A stretch of 64,000 nucleotides of DNA from positions 2,852,001 to 2,916,000 of the forward strand of contig NC_079239.1 in the NCBI RefSeq assembly GCF_027921745.1, read 5' to 3'. The notes under the pieces were generated by a model that had not been told where the DNA came from, did no database searches, and was given only the letters and a program-made list of their open reading frames with translations. This document shows, piece by piece, positions 59,232 to 64,000 of this stretch; position 1 is the stretch's first letter; each line of letters starts with the position of its first letter. This DNA is from Schizosaccharomyces osmophilus. Lineage: Eukaryota. Made by a program: the position numbers and the translations under genes.

Positions 59232-59878
59232 TGCATAGCATTGCGATGACTGTGAGCTACCGAAACTCTTAAGATTCGGTAGTGTTGATGTGTTTTATGT
59301 GTATATTTTGGAATAAAAGTATCTACTTCTTGTTCTATCATGATAAGATTATAACGTTTATTTAAATAATACCGCTTTTTTAAAAGATGGAACAGAACTG
59401 TAGCATTCTTCATTGAACCTAGGATAATAAACAGTTCAACAAGGAACACTTTGTGCCAATGATGCAAATGTTCCAGTTTAATCACATAACTTGCTCGCAT
59501 GTTTCCCTTTTGTGCTATCCTAGCTTTGAGTAATTGGAGTTTGGCCAGCGACCGAGAAGTAATGAAATTAGTAACGGGTTTACTATAGTTATTCTTCAAC
59601 CTGCTAATCTCTTATGTTTCCAATGCCAACTTATACCTCTTAATTTGGAGTAGTTTTCGTTTAATCTAAGTTTATTTAAGCAATTACGAGAAGAAAACTA
59701 CCGCCAAAATTTCTTCTTTTCTGAAATTCATTAAAAGCGAATTTCACTCCATTCTATTGCTTTTGTTTCCTTTTTACATTTTGGTGGGAAGATCTTTTTC
59801 GGCTTTCGATCAGCTTGGTGAATGCCCGAACGTAGTTTTGTCAAACCCTAGAGTTTTTAATTCTAAAATCCTTTTACA

Positions 59879-60686
59879 ATGGAGCAAGTAAAGTAAGAAA
59901 TAAGCTTCATTTATAGATAATGAATGTTCTAACGATCTTCAGAGTTTCAAGGAAAGATTTGCAAGTGCAAAAAGAGGAACCGGAAGTAGAAGAGACTTCG
60001 GTGGATGCTGAAAAATTATTATCGCAAAGACTTTCAAGTGCTTTTGATTTTGCGTTTGAGCCTCCAGCTATAGAAAAGAGTCCGCCTGCTGTTCTTGAAG
60101 TTGCAGAGAGCAACCATTGCTCTGAAGAAAAATCTGAAAGCGAGGACGAGAATGTTGCTTTTAATCTGTTCTCAGATATTAATACCATTTCTTTAAATGA
60201 CCAGGAAGTCATTGTCAACCAAGGTAGACCAATTGAATTTTATGTTTTGCAGTATGTGATCATGTATATGCTTCTTTTTTTACTAATATTCCATTAGAGA
60301 CTCGCCTGAGAGACAAGCTCATCTACGTGCCAGTGTTTTTACGTTTGAACAACTCATGGAGGCTAAAGATGAACCATGGGTAAGTAAATACTTCATACAT
60401 TGATTTTTGTAAAGGAGATAGGAAAAACAATATGCTAAAAGGTTCACTCGATACTAACGACTAATTGTTATAGCCTGCATGTCAAAAGCCTCAAAAGGTT
60501 ATGAACATTAAAATCGATGATGGTAAAAAGAAACATCGGTGGAGACCGAGTAAGAAAAGGAGAACACGGATGAAAATTTTAAAAGAAAAGCAAGAAAAGG
60601 AAAAATTAAGAAGAAAGACTTATCAGAACAAAGGGTTTCCGGCGAAGAAATCTAATTCTCGGTCAAATCCGAAACGCAAATTCTAA
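59879..60686 (+). CDS. Small conserved-fungal-type protein with a basic C-terminus (DUF2011-like, possibly nucleolar); introns 59893-59942, 60252-60297 and 60380-60473
   Basis: Three canonical introns join MEQVK|VSRKDL..YVLQ|DSPER..EPW|PACQKP..RPSKKRR in frame. The family name is from recollection. Confidence 0.75.
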
Positions 60687-60797
60687 ATTATAACCTTTGG
60701 ATGATTGAATTAGTAACATAAATATAATTAGGCATAAGCTAATATTCATCATAATTCATGAAATAAGGGCATAAACACAAAAGTAAAGATTCATCCT

Positions 60798-63017
60798 TCA
60801 ATTGCTTGTTCCTCCATAATTAGAAGGCTTTTTGCTTAAAAGGCCTCGTAAATAAGGTGTTATGACGGGAAGCGGCTTTGGTGGTTCTTCATTGTTTTCT
60901 TTCACTTCTTGTCTTTTACGGTCTATCAGGGAAACCGTTTGCTTGTACTGGTAGAAGGAATGTTCTGCACAAATCAGCGTCGGTTCCAAGGCAATTTTTC
61001 CAGAAAGCTCATTAAAATACTTCAATACTTCATCAAATGCGTGCGTTTGATTCAACAGAACTTCACGATGTCGTTCAGCAATAGCATAAGCAATGAATAT
61101 ATGGTAATCATAAGAAAGATAATTCGTGAAAAGAACGTCCCAAAGCTTCAAAAGTATTTCCCAGTCAAATTCGCGTTTGTAGTAAATTAACAACATACGG
61201 AAAAAACAAAACAGATTTGATGAGTCTGTCTTTTCCAAGTGGATGTACAATTCTTTATCCATCAACTGAATCAACTGTCGTAAAGTTTCCAGCTGCCGTT
61301 TCATTCCAGATTGGTCTCGCAGAAAATTGTGATGAAGGCGCTTCATCATTCCTACCATTCCCCAAAATGCCAAGGCATTATCGCTTAAAGTAACATAAAT
61401 CGGTGACAAAAGATCTGACATTCCTTGTACATAGCCCAATTCTGTGTCATATTCATTATAAGTTAGGAGCATGTCTTTCATCATTTCCATATGTAAATTA
61501 GTACCTGAAAAGGTTGACTGAGGATCAGGATGAGGCAAATCTTCTTCTTGAAAATACTTATGCTGCCTATCAGTTCGGTGAACATCTTTTTCAATCCTGT
61601 TCCTTTGTTCTATAAATGACCGATCATTAAATTGTCGGGGTATATCGTCGTACCATCGTCGTTTCAATCTAATATATTCATCTTGAAGACTGAGATAAAG
61701 AGCCTTTCGCTCATTTTCAGTAGAATCCCATGGGTAAATAGAAAGTAGAAAAGGCCATAGTTCCTTCCTTAGTGAAGGAACAATTCCTCCATGAAAAATA
61801 ATACCCAATAAATAATCGATGTTCACTATTAATCTCCCCTCACTATTAAATGAAGACCTCCATTGGTCTAAAGTGAGCGGTTCACCTCGTTTTACACGTT
61901 CATCAAAATATACTAGCTCAAAAGGGCCCAAAGAGGAATCCTCTTCCTGCTGTTGCTCAGACCACAAACCAGCCTCAGAAGAAGCGTTAATATTGTTTGT
62001 ATTGGAATTTTCGACAACTCCAGCTGCCCAATTGGCAAGAAAAATACGAGCAGGATCATATTCCTCGGTAAGCTTTTGAAGACGTTTGGATTCAAACAAA
62101 ACCTGGACTTCTCGTGGGAAATGCGGAAGCAATGATTTCGTTACTTTATGATCCATCAGTTTATCCACTTCAGTTTTTCCATAATTCGTGACTCGACTAA
62201 ATCGTTCTAGGACAGTAAACGATAAATCTTGAAAAGCACGACGGAAGGGATTTAAAAAGGATTGCGATTTTTTTGGAGAAAAAAAGGAATCATTAGAACA
62301 TTCTTTCGATGGTGCGCTTAGATGAGTTAAGCCGTGGGATTGAAACGCAAGCGTATCTTCGGGAGTCGGATTCACAAGATACAGCTGTGGTTCATGTGTC
62401 GAGTGTTCCAAGCTGATGTATTTTTTCAAGTGCATAATGAGATGTGTACCTCCCCAAAAGATGTCGCCAGCTTCATCGAAGGGATCAAAGTGATCTTTGG
62501 CGATGCGCCGACTATACTCAATAGTGCTGGAACACTCATCATCATGGAAAAATAAAGGTGGTAAACTTTCACCACTGTTTCGTAAATTGATGACAACGCT
62601 TCCATAATTCCAACCATATTTAGGAGGACGAAATAGTATAGAATAAATACTGTTTAAACGAACTGAAAACGAATAATCCAAATGTTCAGGAATTTCCACC
62701 AATTGTCTTAAGTCGCTTTCGGCAGACGCTTCAGCTGTTTGAAACACGTTCAAATCTCTTGGATGTGATTTTAAAAAAAAATCTGGGACCCAGGAAAGCA
62801 GGATATCATTACCGGTCAATGGAGTTCCATGATTTGTTTTTGTTTTCGAGAGAGACAAATATCCAGATATATTATCTTTGATTTTTGTGGTAGGATGAAT
62901 GCAAACTTTGCTTTTAGAAAATAAGAGTGCAACTCTTGATTTATCAATTCGAATGTCGACCGTGTCGTCTTCAACCTCTGCCATTTCTGGAATGTCCAAT
63001 TGTCCTGGTCCAGACAT
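60798..63017 (-). CDS. gyp7: TBC-domain Rab GTPase-activating protein Gyp7
   Basis: IEKDVHRTDR, GYVQGMSDL and FCFFRMLLIYYKREF motifs; N-terminal LLFSKSKVCIHPT. First ATG at 63017. Confidence 0.9.
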   Translation of the reverse strand: MSGPGQLDIPEMAEVEDDTVDIRIDKSRVALLFSKSKVCIHPTTKIKDNISGYLSLSKTKTNHGTPLTGNDILLSWVPDFFLKSHPRDLNVFQTAEASAESDLRQLVEIPEHLDYSFSVRLNSIYSILFRPPKYGWNYGSVVINLRNSGESLPPLFFHDDECSSTIEYSRRIAKDHFDPFDEAGDIFWGGTHLIMHLKKYISLEHSTHEPQLYLVNPTPEDTLAFQSHGLTHLSAPSKECSNDSFFSPKKSQSFLNPFRRAFQDLSFTVLERFSRVTNYGKTEVDKLMDHKVTKSLLPHFPREVQVLFESKRLQKLTEEYDPARIFLANWAAGVVENSNTNNINASSEAGLWSEQQQEEDSSLGPFELVYFDERVKRGEPLTLDQWRSSFNSEGRLIVNIDYLLGIIFHGGIVPSLRKELWPFLLSIYPWDSTENERKALYLSLQDEYIRLKRRWYDDIPRQFNDRSFIEQRNRIEKDVHRTDRQHKYFQEEDLPHPDPQSTFSGTNLHMEMMKDMLLTYNEYDTELGYVQGMSDLLSPIYVTLSDNALAFWGMVGMMKRLHHNFLRDQSGMKRQLETLRQLIQLMDKELYIHLEKTDSSNLFCFFRMLLIYYKREFDWEILLKLWDVLFTNYLSYDYHIFIAYAIAERHREVLLNQTHAFDEVLKYFNELSGKIALEPTLICAEHSFYQYKQTVSLIDRKRQEVKENNEEPPKPLPVITPYLRGLLSKKPSNYGGTSN

Positions 63018-63533
63018 TTCAATTCCAACAGACAAGTACGTATAGAAGTTCAATTAAAATCTCGTACTAAAAGTGCGTTACAAGTTGCAGAGATTCATAG
63101 AAATGTAAATTTCTTGAGCTTAAATATGGTGACTGAGAGGTGTAGTAGATGTAGCAGTGGCACATAAAGTAATCGGAACTACTAAAGGAGAGCAAAGAAA
63201 ACTTTTTTACATCATTAAAATGAATAACCACTTTTCTTATATTTACTCAAATATATGAACGATGCAGGAGAGCAAAGATATAGCTTCTAGGGATGTTTTA
63301 ATGTTTTCATTTACATAGTCTTAGGCAGTTTCTTCATTCTTTTGTGCTTTAGTATAGTAAAATAATTCCAATCTAATTCTTTAATGTATAGGCGCGAGCA
63401 ATTTATGTCAATTCTTTTGCCGTAACTATTATTTGTTATGCTCAATTAGCAGAATCGATTAGGTGGAAATTTAAAATCATTGATATTTTATCCGAAATTC
63501 TCGCATATGCATCTATTTCTTGCTATTTCATTT

Positions 63534-64000
63534 CTACTCGTCAATAACGATGCTTTTCTCCATGTCTGAGAAATTTTGGAAGAATGCAGACAGCAGTTGA
63601 ACGGAGTATTCGAAATCCTTCGTTCCACACATTTCTCTGCATGAATGCATAGAGAGCATTGGGTTGCCAAGATCGAGTGTGGGAATACCGGTCATTGCGG
63701 CCAATTTGGGACCAATAGTACTACCACATGGGGAATCATTTCGAATCACAAAAACTTGAAAAGGAGCCTTTGACAATTGAGAAGCTCGTTTCATAATTGC
63801 CATCCCATGAGAGTTTGTCATATATCTCTGATTAGCGTTGATCTTGAGCACTGTTCCTTTGTTAAGCTCGGCAGAATTTGTAGACTCATATTTAGAAGCA
63901 TAATTGGGATGAATAGCATGCGCCATATCTGCGGAAACAAGGAAGCTAGATCTCATGCAGGTATAAAATTTCTCACTGCTTCCGGATAAGCGTTCGAGGA
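63534..64000 (-). CDS. Aspartyl aminopeptidase (M18 family), C-terminal part; 5' end outside the window
   Basis: SADMAHAIHPNY, NANQRY, CGSTIGP and LSMHSCRE motifs; frame open to the window edge. Confidence 0.92.
   Translation of the reverse strand, partial: LERLSGSSEKFYTCMRSSFLVSADMAHAIHPNYASKYESTNSAELNKGTVLKINANQRYMTNSHGMAIMKRASQLSKAPFQVFVIRNDSPCGSTIGPKLAAMTGIPTLDLGNPMLSMHSCREMCGTKDFEYSVQLLSAFFQNFSDMEKSIVIDE

Overview
Gene-dense, AT-rich eukaryotic DNA from a fission yeast (Schizosaccharomyces, probably not S. pombe itself; the species cannot be fixed from this window). Short spliceosomal introns (GTAWGT...CTAAY...YAG) are common. It holds 24 protein-coding genes: dhc1 (3' part), dbp4, cca1, fig4, a multi-RRM gene, alg6, rga1, nop14, trr1, erg26, ppt1, pho8, a PX-BAR sorting nexin, a LON-RING E3 ligase, ade8, med7, doa10, rli1, sam1, a glycerate kinase, erg25, two uncharacterised genes, gyp7, plus the 3' end of an aspartyl aminopeptidase gene and one tRNA-Pro(TGG). 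I found no transposon, CRISPR array or rRNA. The strongest finding is at trr1. Its start codon is split by an intron (A|TG), and the same splice fuses a 116-codon, mitochondrial-presequence-like upstream frame in frame to the enzyme, suggesting a hidden mitochondrial thioredoxin reductase isoform. Other signals: a GC-AG intron in fig4, a CC-adding-type Cca1 with tiered start codons, an orphan B-box, a DSR-like cluster at the dhc1 3' end, a triple-hairpin element upstream of erg25, a long structured rli1 intron and a probable pseudo-GTPase. Gene names and S. pombe comparisons are from recognition and memory, not database searches.
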